A DNA stretch of 62,662 nucleotides, filler included, from Nemertoderma westbladi (Eukaryota; Animalia; Xenacoelomorpha): the NCBI GenBank assembly GCA_032718475.1. It is 3 parts of 3 records of this genome, joined end to end, with 100 filler letters (N's around TTAATTAATTAA, not from the genome) between each part and the next. Parts side by side here need not be neighbours in the genome. Positions count along the whole stretch, not along the records: positions 31,524 to 59,605 come from JAUCBJ010001337.1; 2 more parts are not named here. One strand, given 5' to 3'. Position numbers and translations under genes: made by a program. Of this stretch, positions 36,211 through 49,587 are shown in pieces (position 1 is the first letter of the stretch; each line of letters begins with the position of its first letter). Below the pieces are notes generated by a model. The model did no database searches. It was not told where the DNA came from and saw nothing but the letters and a program-made list of their open reading frames with translations.

Positions 36211-37074
36211 ATGGCAGAGGCAGAGAGTATCGGTAGCCAAGTTAGTTCCCATCATAAAGATACTCTAAGCGATAACGACGATTGGGTGGCGTCTATCGAC
36301 GAAAAGTTAAAACAAAGATGGGAAAGAGAACAACAGAAGCTCCAAAAGGAATTAGTCCTGGAAAACAGGGAAGTTTGGCAGAACGACTCAGAATTTCAGG
36401 GTTTATCTGTTATAGCGGGAGCCGATCTAAGTTTCATAAAAGGGTTCGAACGCGACGCCGCTGCCTGCGTTGTCGTACTAACATACCCAGAACTGAAAGT
36501 CGTCCATTCCGACGTCATTGTCGGCGAAATCGACGCCCCTTACATCCCTGGATTCCTCGGCTTCAGGGAAACTCCTCTAATACTGAAGTGTTTGAAACGA
36601 ATCGAAAGTAAAACTGATTGGCGTCCGCAGGTATTGTTTGTGGATGGGAATGGCACTTTGCATCCTAGGGGTTTTGGTTTAGCGTGCCACCTCGGTGTTC
36701 AAAGTGGCATCCCTTGCGTGGGTGTCGCGAAAAATCTCTACATATTTGACTCGCACATGACTGATTATAAAACTAAATCTGAACACAAGATGGCGCATCG
36801 AGATATGGTTAGCAAGATGAAGTCCGGTTTATTAGAATCTGAACAGCCAATCAGAAACGACGATGGTGTGGTAGTGGGTAAAGCTATCCTCTCAGGGGCA
36901 AACTCCCGGGCCAATCCCGTCTACGTATCCCCTGGCAACCTTGTTACCATGGCGACCAGCGTCACTTTGACTCGAGCAGTGACTCGGTTCCGTGTCTGTG
37001 AACCTGTCCGGCAGGCGGACATTATTTCTAGACAATATCTCAGGGATAATTACCCTGGATTAATTAACTCATGA
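36211..37074 (+). CDS. ENDOV: Endonuclease V (inosine-specific nuclease), intronless, 287 aa
   Basis: IAGADLSF, PYIPGFLGFRE wedge, VLFVDGNGTLHPRGFGLACHLG, GVAKN, PVYVSPG, EPVRQAD. First ATG at 36211. Confidence 0.95.
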   Translation: MAEAESIGSQVSSHHKDTLSDNDDWVASIDEKLKQRWEREQQKLQKELVLENREVWQNDSEFQGLSVIAGADLSFIKGFERDAAACVVVLTYPELKVVHSDVIVGEIDAPYIPGFLGFRETPLILKCLKRIESKTDWRPQVLFVDGNGTLHPRGFGLACHLGVQSGIPCVGVAKNLYIFDSHMTDYKTKSEHKMAHRDMVSKMKSGLLESEQPIRNDDGVVVGKAILSGANSRANPVYVSPGNLVTMATSVTLTRAVTRFRVCEPVRQADIISRQYLRDNYPGLINS

Positions 37075-38090
37075 ATCATTTATAAATATAATTATTCTGT
37101 ATAAATATATTTTATAGTTTTATTTACCTCACATATTTGACTATAATTTCCACATTTATAAATTCTAAATATTGGTGCGTTTTGTTAATTATGTCTATAA
37201 TTTTTAATTTGAATATGTTAGACCATTTGTTTTTATTTTTAAATTATTATATTTTAATTAGGCCTACCGCTACCGGTACTATGTTTCACAATCACACATG
37301 ATCCATAACAACCACAGTAATTATGTAAGTATTGATCCGTTAAGTAAGTTATGTAAATAAGTATTTACCTGTAACCAATGGACGGTATCTCGTTATCTCG
37401 TTGGTGAAGAATTGACGACTTATAGTACCGGTATTGCCATTAAGTATTATACTTAGTATGGGTCCATTACATAATAAACGCCATATTAGTGCGTGAATGA
37501 AATGGAATGATATTGCCTTTTAATTATGTTTGTTATACTGTATATTAAATTAATTAACCCAGCACCACAAGTAATATAGTAACCGGTACCGGCGACAGTC
37601 TTACATAATGGGGGGGGGGGGGGGGGGGGGGCACTTTACATACTGTATAATAATTATCCACTCTATAGCACTAAACTAACCATTACTACTCTACATAAGG
37701 TGTCACTTGTAAAAAGTGTTAGTGGGTCACTTGTAAAAAGGTCTTCCTTCTCTATCCTATCCACTCCAGAGATTACTATGATACCTCCAGTAACCAGGAC
37801 GTGCTCTACATTTCAGAAATAATATATATAATAAGTTATGATTGTAGATCCTTATCGCCCCTTGGGTACCCGTTACATAACGCCCCTGGGTCTTTATCGC
37901 CCCCGAGTCTTTATAGCCCCTGGTCCTTTATCGCCCCTTTCATTATATACAGGCTACATTCCCTCAACTTTCCCATATCTGTCACATATATTTTAGTTAT
38001 AGTTTACAGTATAGATAAAGTCAAATTGTTTCAGTTTTAGAAGGCCTACAATTAATTTGAACATCCAAACCTGATATCAGATAGCTGAAT

Positions 38091-38523
38091 ATGGACTTCG
38101 GAATGGTAGAATATCGGTTAAGTAAAAAGAAAAACCCTCAACCGGTTTACCGTAGCAATGCGCATGAAGACACACTATTTAGATTTACGGTGAAAAAACG
38201 TAACAACGATGGCACAGTTAATATGCGTTGTGTTGGGAGCGACAATGTAAACCATAGACGTGCACAAAGGACACCATCTCGTACTAATGCAACAGCAAGA
38301 ATTCGTAATGACCGATAGATTACTAATCCAGATGAAGGAAACCATATTTGTTTAGATACACTCAATCAATCAACCGCAGTTATCACTGCTGTACACGAAT
38401 ATAGAGAGACAGCTGCGGGTTTACGTCAATCTGCCAAACGGCCTGCTCAGGCTCACAATGATACATTGGAGCGAGTTAACAAGCGCTACGGAAATACACC
38501 TGATTTGGAACGAGAAATACAGG
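38091..38523 (+). pseudogene. FLYWCH/MULE-transposase N-terminal-like remnant
   Basis: FRFTVKKRNNDGTVNMRC...ATARI...GNHIC pattern; the frame stays open past one stop to CAG|GT at ~38522. Confidence 0.4.
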
Positions 38524-38677
38524 TAGCTAAATAAAATAATAATAAAGTAAAATAAATTCAACATTATTTGTATGTTGTACAGTATAATAAATAATAATAC
38601 ATGTATAATATACTGTATGACTTGGAATGTACAGTATTTTTGGTCGAAATATTCATATTTAATTCATAGACTAAGCA

Positions 38678-38830
38678 GCAGTCGCTTTGTCTAGTGGTAA
38701 TAATATGGGCTTTCATTCAGGGGGTCCCAGTTCGATCTCTGGACGACGCAGCGTCCAGATTCAGTCTGTTTGGGCTTTAAATGCTGCAGACTAGCTCTAC
38801 CCAGATTGTCACCCTTCACTGGTCGATAAA
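38678..38830 (+). mobile_element. tRNA(Glu)-derived SINE-like head and body; inverted copy at ~39880-40028
   Basis: GTCTAGTGGT A box, CTTTCA anticodon loop, GTTCGATCTC B box, followed by CCCTTCACTGGTCGATAAAT. Confidence 0.6.
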
Positions 38831-39523
38831 TCAGATCTATATAAAATTTGAGCTTTACACTTTAACAAAGCCGACTCCAGTTTGCAGGACATTGCTTTCG
38901 CCATGAGGACCTACCTTGCACAATCGTGTTCTTTGGAGGAAATAAGCATGATGGACAGCCCATGACTTTCTTGAGACACCTCTTTAAGGACACTGGCCTT
39001 GAAGATTTGGATGATCTCGCGAAAGTCATGGTGGATTGTACTGTAGTAGGTCGATAAATGAAGTTGAGATTGGTAAACATAGTAGAAGGGTTTACTGTGG
39101 AAGATCACCCATGGTGGCGAACATGCATTCCACGGCTTAGTAAGTATAAACGTTTCTCCAATTCAAAATTTATATTTGTTATAGTGGCGATAAGTTACCA
39201 GGGGCGATAAAGACGCGGGGGCGATAAAGACCCGGGGCGATATATTCCCAAGCGGCGATAAAGGACCATTTGAGGGGCGATAAGTTCCCAGGGGGCGATA
39301 AGGGCCAGGGGCGATAAGGCCCTACAATCTTTCAGAAATAATATATATACATTATAATTGTAGGGCCTTATCGCCCCTTGCACCTTTATCCCCCCTGGGA
39401 ACTTATCGCCCCTTGGGTACCCGTTACATATCGCCCCCAGGTCTTTATCGCCCCTGGTATCTTATCGCCACTTTTACAAATATGAATTTTGAATGGGAGA
39501 ACCGTTTAGGCCTGGTAAAGCCA

Positions 39524-39840
39524 AGGAATGCCTGTTTACCGCCATGCCATGGGCATGGGTGATCTTCCACATTAAATCCCTCCAGTCTGTTTCCTAAAGG
39601 AATGCCTGTTCACCACCATATGGGTGATCTTCCACATTAAATCCTTCCAGTCTGTTTCCTAAAGGAATGCCTGCTCACCACCATGGGTGATCTTCCACAG
39701 TAAACCCTTCCACTCTGTTTCCTAAAGGAATGCCTGTTCACCACCATATGGGTGATTTTCCTCCACACTAATTCCTTCCAGTCTGTTTCCTAAAGGAATG
39801 CCTGTTCACCACCATTGGTGATTTTCCAGAGTAAACCCTT
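39524..39840. repeat. ~60-70-bp minisatellite, about 5 copies
   Basis: AAGGAATGCCTGTTCACCACCAT..GGGTGATCTTCCAC...CCTTCCAGTCTGTTTCCTA repeated. Confidence 0.85.
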
Positions 39841-41256
39841 GTAAGGCCAAATGGGAATCATTGTAAACAATGATTCCCATTTATCGAACAGTACAGGGTG
39901 AAAACCTGGGCAGAGCTAGTCTGTAGCATTTAAATGCCCGTGCCAAAACAGTACTGCGACGTCCAGGGATCGAACCTGGTACCTCCTAAATGAAAGCTCA
40001 GATTGCTACCATTAGACCAAACGGCTGCTTAGTCTTTGAATTTAATATTAATTTTTCTAATTGTAGGCTCCTCTAAAAGAAACTATTTTAGTATAAAAAT
40101 ATAACAGTAAACTTTTAATTAAAATATGTGACTGAGAGGAAGTGTATGGGAAAGTTGAGGGAATGTATCATGTATATAATGACAGGGGCGATAAAGACTC
40201 AGGGCGATAAGTTCCTAAAAACTCAGAACAGAGGGGTGATAAGTTCCCCACAAAAATGCAATTTATAGGGGCGATAGAGTCCCAGGGGCGATAAGGTCCT
40301 GCTTCGTAAGGTACACAAATATACCACTGACCGACCATGGGGCGAGCCATATTAATTAAGTCCACCACAGCGGTCCGTAAGTTCGTTTCGTTTGGGGTTG
40401 GTAATTTAGATTGTTGGTTTGACTATTTAAAGTGGGGGTTTATATTGGTTAATGATGTTAGTTTTCCCTGCTACTACAATCGTTCCATTACTGATGCGTA
40501 ATTTAATATGCGCATATACGTAAATGTCGGAGGCCACACACATAAATGTTTAACAAGGAGAATATCTTCGTTTAATTTGTCATCATTAGACTTAGGGCCT
40601 ACTTTTCAGAAAGATCTCGAAAATATAGATACACATCTAACGCGCCATATATTCCACTGTTGGACGACCCTAACCCTATCTCGCCGATCGAGGTCGATGG
40701 ACCTTTAGATGACTTGAAGGCTAACAAGTCAGCTACTGCGATACCGCCAAAGTTACTAAAGGATTTACCAATTGATGTGGTAATTTTTCTGACCTTCATA
40801 TTTAATATGATATTTGCAACCTCATCAATCCCTGTCCAACGGTGCTATAGTTTGTTATGCATATTGTATAAAAAGGGGAACCCTATGATATGCGATAATT
40901 ACCGTGCAATATCTGTATCCGACTCGCTAGCTAAGGTATTCGGCTATATTCTAGCAAAAAGATTAACTCAATGGATCAGTAGATGTCAAGCTGGAGGGTA
41001 ATAGTGTTATGAGCATATACATACTTACATTACGCATGTTAATCGACTATTCTATTGCTATTAAACATAAATTGTGTAAAATTGTCGTCGATTGTTCGAA
41101 GGCTTTCGACCGAGTGTCAAGATTTAAATTGATTACTAAACTATTAGCACTTGAGTGCGGTAAAAATATGATTAATGCAATTAAAGCGGTTATGTCAAAC
41201 ATTTTTGAAATTAAACTGCATTGACATTCGTATGGAGGCCGGGCCGGAGTAAGGCA

Positions 41257-43606
41257 TGTTCGCGCTTTTAGACCTTTAGCAGTTTAACCTGCCAAATTTA
41301 GGTGTCTTCTAAGTTATAAATGACAAGTATTTAATACACTACATTAGCCGAAGCCAGCCTATGCGCGACCATTCACCCGCTGGATTTACCCGGGAGACTG
41401 GATTCGGAAGCTCTGACCTTATTGCGGTGTAGGCCTACTGTATTATTCGATTGATCGTTAATATATAATCTCTGACAAATATTATTCACTTTCGGGAAAT
41501 ATCAACAGTTCCTTTAGGACGTAGCGCTCTAAGTATGTAAACAGAGTTATGACTTACACTAAACACAACGGGATGGCTAATGATTCACGTATAAAGCGCA
41601 TTCTTTAGGAGATGCTTTGTTATCTATCACACTCATGCACACTACCGCACAATGCTGCACACCGATCTGCCGACCTTCACTAATTTTAATCATATATAAG
41701 GAGAACGGCAACCGACACATGTAGTGCCTATTAAATAGCATTAGATTCACTCCAAAACCAATATAATGTAAGTCGCAATTGTAAATGCTTCTGTGGGATA
41801 TAACTGGCCCTTTTGCTTTGCAATCCAGTTCCCCCCCAGGCGCTGGAATACTCTAAAAAGCTCTCTAACTCGAATGATGCAAAGCGACCGGCTGATTGGC
41901 TGATTTGTTATACGAGGGGCTCTTTACTATGTTCTATCGGCCAACCAGAGCTATAGCAGCAGAGTATGCAACCAGGGCAACCGAGCGGAGTGACTCATTT
42001 TGTGTGTTGGCCAAGGGCTGCAAAAATCCTGATAGTTCGGCATTTAGATATTCGTGGAACCTGTGGAATCTGGTGTTCTGCCAATGAGAGCTATTCCTCT
42101 CTGTGTAAAAAGATACCTGCAACGGTGTTAGAGTCAGAGAGTTCTTGTTATAGTTTTGTTGTTTCTATCTAGGCCAGGAACACCGGCTCTAGAGTCAATT
42201 CGTTTCAGACTTTAGAAGAAACATTAGTAGGCTTAAGATTATAGAGTGTATAACTGTTATCAGTTCATATCATAACTTAACATACCGTCTTAATGCTTTT
42301 TACTGTTGTCATATTTTGTATCAGTTGGTTGAATATTATTTGGAGAACATCTATAAAGAACCCAAATTTCCCAATTTTCTTGATACACTACAGGTTAGAG
42401 AGACAGGTTACATATAGCGATTGCGACTTATAGTATTGTGGTTTGTAGTGAATTTAATGCTATTTGATAAGCACTACATGAGTCAGTTGCTGTTCTCTTT
42501 ATATATGATAAAATTCATTGACGGTCGGCAAATTAGTGAGCAGTATTGTGTGTTACCGGTAGCGTGCATGATTGTGGCTGATAACTAAGCATTTCCTAAA
42601 GAATGCGCCTCATACGTGAATCATAAGCCTTACCGACTTACCATTGTGATTAGTATAAGTCATATCTCTGTTTACCTAGATAGAGCGCCACGTCCTAAAG
42701 GAACTGTTAATATTTCCCGAAAGTGAATAATATTAGTCAGAAATTACTTATTAACGATCAATCGAATAATACAGTAAGCTTACACTGCAATAATAATCTA
42801 AGCCCTCAGAATCCAGTCTCCCGGGTATATCCAGCGGGTGAATGGACGCGCACAAGGCTGGCTTCTGCTAATGTTGTGTTTATTGGTATTAAATATTTGT
42901 CAATTTCTAAAGTCTATTTATAAACCAAAAGACATATAAATTTTGGCAGGTTAAACTGCTAAAGGTCTTCAAAAGCGCGTACAGCAATTGCTATATGTAA
43001 CCGGTCTCTTACCTTCAGTATATCAAGAAGATTGGGGTTTTATGATTATTTATCGATATTATCCAAATATAACAATATTCCATCAACTGATATAATTATT
43101 AACCGACAGTAAATAGCAGTAAAATAATGCGGTGTTTGTATGTGACCAGGTTTGTTATGAGTTCGTTAGATAGAATAACAGTTATACGTTTCTATGATCA
43201 AAGCCTTTCTAATGTTTGGCTAAAGTCTGAAACACAGAATAATTCCACAGCCGGTGTACTAGGCTTAGGGAAAATACACACTGACACATACTGATTTGCC
43301 TAGCAGGTTTACATAGGCTCAGTTTGTACATACAAAGAAAATCGCTCTGATTGGCTGAATTGGCTGAGCCGAACAAAGAACCAAAGCTCCTTGCAAAAAG
43401 CTCCACGTGGATACAGCTGATAGATGTCGTCATCTGAGTTCCGATGTTTAGAGTATTTGAGCTTATTGCGGAGAAAAATGGCTTTTTATGTCCGCTAAAG
43501 CACACATGCAGACATAGCGGGCAAAATCGCTTGTTATGTCCGCTAAAATACCTACTCGGTATATTGCGGAGAAAAATAGCTTGTTACATCCGCAAAAGCT
43601 TTTACA
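41257..43606 (-). repeat. 3' LTR of copy 2, interrupted by a solo LTR
   Basis: 41257-41779 plus 42989-43606 match 55901-57055 apart from a 14-bp deletion and a few substitutions. Confidence 0.93.
41780..42983 (+). mobile_element. Solo LTR of the same family, opposite orientation
   Basis: TGTAAA...GCGCGTACA with TSD GCAAT (41775-41779, 42984-42988); reverse-complement homology to the other LTRs. Confidence 0.93.
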
Positions 43607-43684
43607 CCGCTCCCAGAAAATGGGATTTGAGTCTATAAAATATACAAAATCACAGTTTCTAAAATATAAAAATACTCTAAACAG

Positions 43685-45030
43685 TTAGTCTTTCTTGCGC
43701 GGACGGCGTTTACGCAGTTTTTTGAGGCTAGCAAGAGTCCTTTTCTCTTTGGGGCGAGCCACTTTACTAGGAGGGCTATAACTCCTGGGTAAAGGGTGCA
43801 ATACAATTGCATCGGAAGGTTTAGGGTTACGGTCGATGTCTCGTCCATTTCGATATGCTTCTCCTCGAGCTGATTTTCCTCCGCTTATCGTTGGATGCGT
43901 TCGTCCAAAAACTCTTGCAGAAAATAGGGTCGTCCAAGTTCGATATCTTCTTAGAGATTCTGGATTTCCTGATCGAACTGAGATAAAGCTAATTCGTTTA
44001 CCGCTTGGACTTGCTGCTGCAATTTACGTTTCTCTCAACAATTATAGGTTCCTTTTCCGATCCTTTGACGAATAGTGTCTAACGCGTTTCGTACAACTCT
44101 CTCCTCCGCCTCGGTGACAGGTTGTATCGGGTTAAACAGGGACGATGATACGGTTGAATGGCGATATTAGATGTCCGCATCCCAATCCGACTAGGTAAGA
44201 TGGGCGAAGATCTAGGGAGCTCACAACCGGAGTGCCACCGACTAACTGTTCGGGTAACACTAGATCTTTGAACAGTGAGTACAGTTCGGGAGGATCCGTG
44301 ATACTATTAGGATCAAGAGTCTGAGGTCTTAACTAGGGGATGAGGAGGTCTGACCGAGTATTCCGGAACTCTGATCATAGGTCTAATTAAGGATTGTTTG
44401 AATCGAGCGAGCGTAGGTGATACATCGAACAAGTTTCGCTCGAAACTCCCGTAAATATAGCGAGTAAAACCGTGTTTAAAGCAACATCTCCGCGGATGTT
44501 TATGTCTTTCCATTTGTTGGTTGGGTCTTGGGCATTCATCGCAATAATACCAAAGACGCACGTCTTGTAGGGGAAACGCGGGTGATATTTATTCGGTTTT
44601 ACAACGTTTCTCTCAAGAATTCCAAATATACGTTGGAGTTACTGCGTTTATCCGGTTCTTTAATGTCTTCTCTTTCGAGTCGATTTCGAATATAATTTTT
44701 GCATTCGACTCTCAGTTTATCGTTCCGACTCCGCTGGGCAGGATATTTAAATAGTACCATTTCCCCTTCGGCGTCGACATCGCCCGCACCGTGCAAACCG
44801 ACAGGATGACCAGTAGTTAAGAAGTCCATATGCGTACCATTACGATGCGTATAGCGAGCAGTGAATTTTCGATAGTCCAATTCCTGGGACATCGGCGGTT
44901 CGATATAACGACCATCGTCCTCCGTAGTAGTTGGACTAGCGTCGCTGCGTATCAATCTATCAACAAACGCTTGCAACGGTAGAGTATATTTCTCCCTGAT
45001 ACCAAGATCATCTTCTATCAACTCAGTCAT
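43685..45030 (-). CDS. Accessory cassette of copy 2 (143-aa ORF, Cys/His ORF, decayed basic C-terminus)
   Basis: 44599-45030 MTELIEDD..., 44313-44561 RLWYYCDECPRPNQQ..HKHPRRCCFKH, and a KKLRKRRPRKKD tail ending at 43685. Confidence 0.6.
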
Positions 45031-46699
45031 AGCTGCTATATGAGTTTATCAATATTATAATTAGTTATAATTAGGCTAGCGGGCGTCGCTGCCTACCCCT
45101 CTCGGCCCCCGGACAGCGCAAGATCCTCAGCGCTGGTGTACTTTCGCCGATGTGCTTATCGCCAACGTAGTAGCTGCACAACGACCACAACAACCAGCGC
45201 GAGTCACTCCACCGTCCGTCCCAAAGGCTTAGATTTACTTCAGGTTCTTACTGGAGAGTTAGGGCTACTTTCACAATTGCGACTCGCTACTGTAAACACA
45301 CTTTAGTAGTAACATTCACCTATAAACGCACAAATTCCACACAACTGTCACAAACCGCACACATTCGGGCCATTTGTCCATTAGTCAAGTGCCTTCCAGA
45401 ATGCCACGTTATTATTGGGTATCCTGGGATACAAGCAGTGTGCTATTTTATTCCTTATGCTATTCAATGGGGCAAGCCTTTATTGTTCTTTTAACTCACT
45501 TCTAATTCTAGCGTGGTTGTTGCCATGGTGACATTATGGAAAGCTAGCGGTAGAATTAGGGTAATTCCCATGCATACAGATCTGGGATGCTATTTAATAG
45601 TAATTCTTTAATTGTCAATATCTCCCTTATACATGATTTTATGAATTTTATCGGCTATTGACTATATATTGGAGATTCTCGCACATTAATACACTTAATA
45701 GGATGAATCTCCGCTCCCATGATCTATTAATTAATGGAATTTTGGGGAATGTTACAAATTGTATAAAATGACAATTTATCAAATTCATTAAAAGATATGA
45801 ATTTAAATTTATTCCCATAAATTTTATTATTTAATATTAAATAGACACAATTTTATTCCAGAGCATGTCTGGGGACTAGGATCCTGAATTCTAGGAATTT
45901 GTCCTTTTAAGAGTATCGGTAAGTGCTACGATATCTTAATAGACTAGAATTTTAAAGGATCTAAAATTTGATAGATTTTGTAAATATTAATAATTAATAT
46001 TTAAGATGGGCACCGGTTTATTCCAGAACATGTCTGGGGACGTTAACCATTGATTCTAGAATTTTGTCTTTCAAGTATATCGGTGGGTGCCGCGATATCT
46101 TAATCGACTAGAATTACAAATGGTCAAAGGGTTTAACAGATTTATTTTGCGTTTTACGCTACTGTTAAAGGGACATCACGCTACTATATGTATTATTTAA
46201 TATACGGTATGAGAGCAATATCGCAAGAAGCAATGTCAGTGAGAAGAGGCAAGTCGTTTCCAAGGTCTACCCAGAGCTTGGTTTAGCCGAGACACGAGGA
46301 TCTGAACTTTGCATTCCTAATACTCTACTTACCAATAATACTTGAATATAGTAGGAGCTTTATTGTACTTTAATAAGTACGGACATTTCATCTTACTGTA
46401 GTCACGTATTTATAATATGATACGGACAGTAAGGAAAGAGAAAAAGAATAAGTAATTAAGTAATAAACGCGAATATATATGGCACTATTCTACTAAATAA
46501 TCGCTAAAATAACATTCTACTAAATAAAATTAAAGAAAACGATTATAATAAAATTACATAATAATACATACATAAGTATAAAATAATAAAAGCAAATATA
46601 AAATAATATAGTCACACACCCACTCCAGACGCTGTTACATTGGGGAGTCCCTAGATGTTGGTTGGATTAGGGAGGTGGTCGTGGGAAGAGTATCTTGCC

Positions 46700-47760
46700 T
46701 TCCATAGTTTCCGGAGAGTTCTCTGTCTCTTTCCAGCAAACATAAACGACCAACTGGGCGATTGAGCTGCTGCGTCTCGAAGACAATTCCCGGTTTCTTA
46801 AAGTTACGTCGCATGACGACGAGTTCTACCGATCGCACCAACCATCATCCGAGATATGAGTCTCGATGATACGACCTGTCTGCCACCGCTTACGTGGAAG
46901 ATCTGAATCCACAATAAGGACCATGTCTCCAGCGCTGACGTTTTCTTGCTGCGCAAACCACTTAGTTCGAAGTTGTAGTGTGGGCAGATAATGTTTTTCG
47001 AAATGGTCAGCGAAACGACGGGATAACAACTGCATAAGTTGCCAAGTTTGCCGGCAGTATTCGTCTCCGTCCGTGATTTCCGATCGTGGGAGCATGGCTA
47101 CAGGTTTCTTCAGTAGGAAGGGCACGGGTGTTAGCGCTTCCAGGGAATCGGGACTCGATGAGACTGGCATAAGCGGTCTCTCATTGAGATAGGCGGCGAT
47201 TTCCTCCATTAACATCCGCAAAAGTTCGTCGGTGAGATACGCGTGGCACGGCACTATAAAGTGAAATGCGGTCTTCACGCTCCTGATTAATCTCTCCCAA
47301 CTTCCTCCCCACCAAGGGGCGTCGGCGGCGTTGAAGGTCCAGCTAGACGCTGTTACCCTTAGCTGATCGTCCACCTGTCTTTGGTTCCAATCTTTGACGT
47401 AAGCCTTGATTTCATTGTTGGCGCCAATGAAGTTCGTTCCCTTATCAGATCTCATCGTGTTACTAGTTCCAAAGCGAGCGATCTGTCGTCGTAAGCTCAA
47501 TAGGAAGCTGTTGGTAGATAAATTGTTCACCATATCGAGATGGATAGCTCTACAAGTCATACAAACAAAGATGACACACCATCTCTTGACTATAGTCCTA
47601 GCACGATATACTTCAATAGGGCCAAATAAATCTACACCAGTATTAGTAAAGGGTGGTTCATAGAAGCTTACTCGTTCCCTAGGTAATTCTGCCTCTCGCT
47701 GTGTTAAAGGCCTACTGAATGCTTTCTTACAGGGTATGCAGTTCCTAAGAACTTGGTTCA
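46700..47760 (-). pseudogene. pol: BEL integrase
   Basis: TGVDLFGP, TCRAIHL, RSDKGTNFIGA, PWWGGSWERLIRSVK, LNERPL, RTKW, GDMVL, W..GRI. Confidence 0.93.
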
Positions 47761-49560
47761 GAGCTCTACGGGTTTATAAAAATAATAGCGAGTTCGAATT
47801 TCGCTAAGAACTCGTTCTCTACCAGCATGATAAAGTTTGCTGTGAACATCTACAATCATCTTGATTTGTATTTCAAGAGTTCTAATGAGTATGGGAAACT
47901 TAGTGTCAAAGGATAATGGAGCATTAGTTAATCTTCCTCCAACACGTATCAACCCATCTATCATTGTGCTAGAGAAACGATCCCTTAAGCGCATCTGTGG
48001 ATTTCTCAACAACAAGAAATACTTATCGGAATCCTCATAGCATTGCAGGAGTCTCAGTATCTGCTTATTGGTTTCTTCATGCTCCTGGTAACCGATCTTC
48101 TCCTTCAGAAACCTGTCGGATATCTTGTATTTGGGAAGATCTTTAACAACATGGACCTGCGCAGATGTCAGTGGAGCGGTATCACTAGTGGTCTTCGTCC
48201 TGGAGTAGTGATGATGAAAACATTGCTTTGAATATGTAACAACGGCCTTACAGAGCCGATTCCAGGAACTATAATGATGTATCGCTCTCTGCTCGCTGGC
48301 GTCTCCAAACACATGGAGTTGATAGGAATACGTAGAGAGAACATGACCAAAATATGAACGGGAAATTATAAAGTTCTCGATGGCTGGTAGAGAATCTTCC
48401 CATTTCATCCACTTGTTTAATAATTCTCCCTTAAGTGGATCGTCCCATGAGTGGTTTTCAAGCCACATTTGTTGTACTAAACTCCGAGCAATCAATATAA
48501 CTGGGCTAATAAATCCCAATGGATCGAAATAAGTGCTCAGGATACTTAGACAAATCCGTTTAGTCCGAACTGGATTATCTCGCTGTTTTAGCTGAAAAAA
48601 CAGGATAACTCTCTCTGTGTCCCATTTCAAACCAAGTGTCTTGGTTTCTGGAAGATCGTCTTTGATTAGGTCTAGATCTTTAACTCCTCGATCTTCTACC
48701 GGGATCGATTCCAGAAACTCACGGGAGTTGCTGGTGAATTTAGTTAATCGAAATCCACCTCTTTTCAAGCACTCTACCGTTCCTTTGGCGACATCAATGG
48801 CTTCTTCCACCGATGGGAGGGACTTTAAATTGTCGTCCATGTATATATCCCGTTTGATGTTGTCTATAACCTCTTTAGAGAAGGCGTCCCAGTTGTCATC
48901 AGCAGTGGTGCGCACCACTGAGCAGGCGTTTGAAGGGCTTGAGATGATCCCAAAAGCTTGGATGGTCATCCAATACTCCACCGGTTTCTGGTTGAGGTCT
49001 CCTTCAGGCCACCACAGAAATCGTAGGCTGTCTCGATCCCTATCCAGCGCTTTGACTTGTAAGAACATGCCTTCTATATCGGAGGCGAATGCGATTGAAT
49101 ATTGTCGTAATCTTAAGAGTATTCCCAACAAGGATTGGAGTAAGTTGGGTCCTGGTAACAACTCGGAATTAAGGGATTGGCCCATGTAGAGGGCGGAGCC
49201 GTCAAATACTACCCAGACTTCATTGGGTTTACCGGGTTTGGGAACGTAATGATGTGTTAGGTAGTACGTTCTCTCCGTTATGGGTGTTTCTTCCGGTACT
49301 CGCTCCGCATATCCCTTGTCAATAAATTTCTTCAACTGAGTTTGGTACATTTCCTTAGCTGAAGCATTTTCCGTAAGGCGTCGATGTAGTTGCGCAATTC
49401 TTTTCTCCGCCAAGGGTAGGTTGTTTATAAATTTAGGTTCTCGCTTTCGAAATGGTAGAACGATTTCATATCTACCTTGATCTTTAAGAAAACGTGTAGT
49501 TGTCTCCTGGATCTGCTTGGCTCTTTCTTCTTCTACCGATAGGGCCTTATCGTAGGAATT
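47758..49560 (-). pseudogene. pol: BEL reverse transcriptase with truncated RNase H
   Basis: YYLTHH, VVFDGSA, SLN..L.PGPNL, SDIEGMFLQ, FG..SSP, YMDD, KTLGLKW, FDPLG, FGDAS followed by a deletion. Confidence 0.93.
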
Positions 49561-49587
49561 GGGCTCTACAGCCTCTTGAGTAAAGAA

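Larger units (their letters stand above)
37850..40300. mobile_element. Head-to-head composite of MULE-like units bounded by TTATCGCCCC/GGGGCGATAA arrays
   Basis: Arrays at 37850-37940, 39185-39325, 39363-39470 and 40180-40300. The right unit is an inverted, deleted copy of the left. Confidence 0.7.

Noticed and set aside
36211-37074. Bacterial contamination or HGT of nfi
   Set aside because: Eukaryote-like N-terminal extension and LACHLG/GVAKN context, embedded among animal repeats, with no operon.
38678-38750. Functional tRNA-Glu gene
   Set aside because: Stems are degenerate, it is followed by a SINE-like body, and it is duplicated inside a repeat.
39524-39840. CRISPR-like periodic repeats (also the GGGGCGATAA arrays)
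   Set aside because: No unique spacers, no cas genes, and a eukaryotic context; these are a minisatellite and TIR subrepeats.
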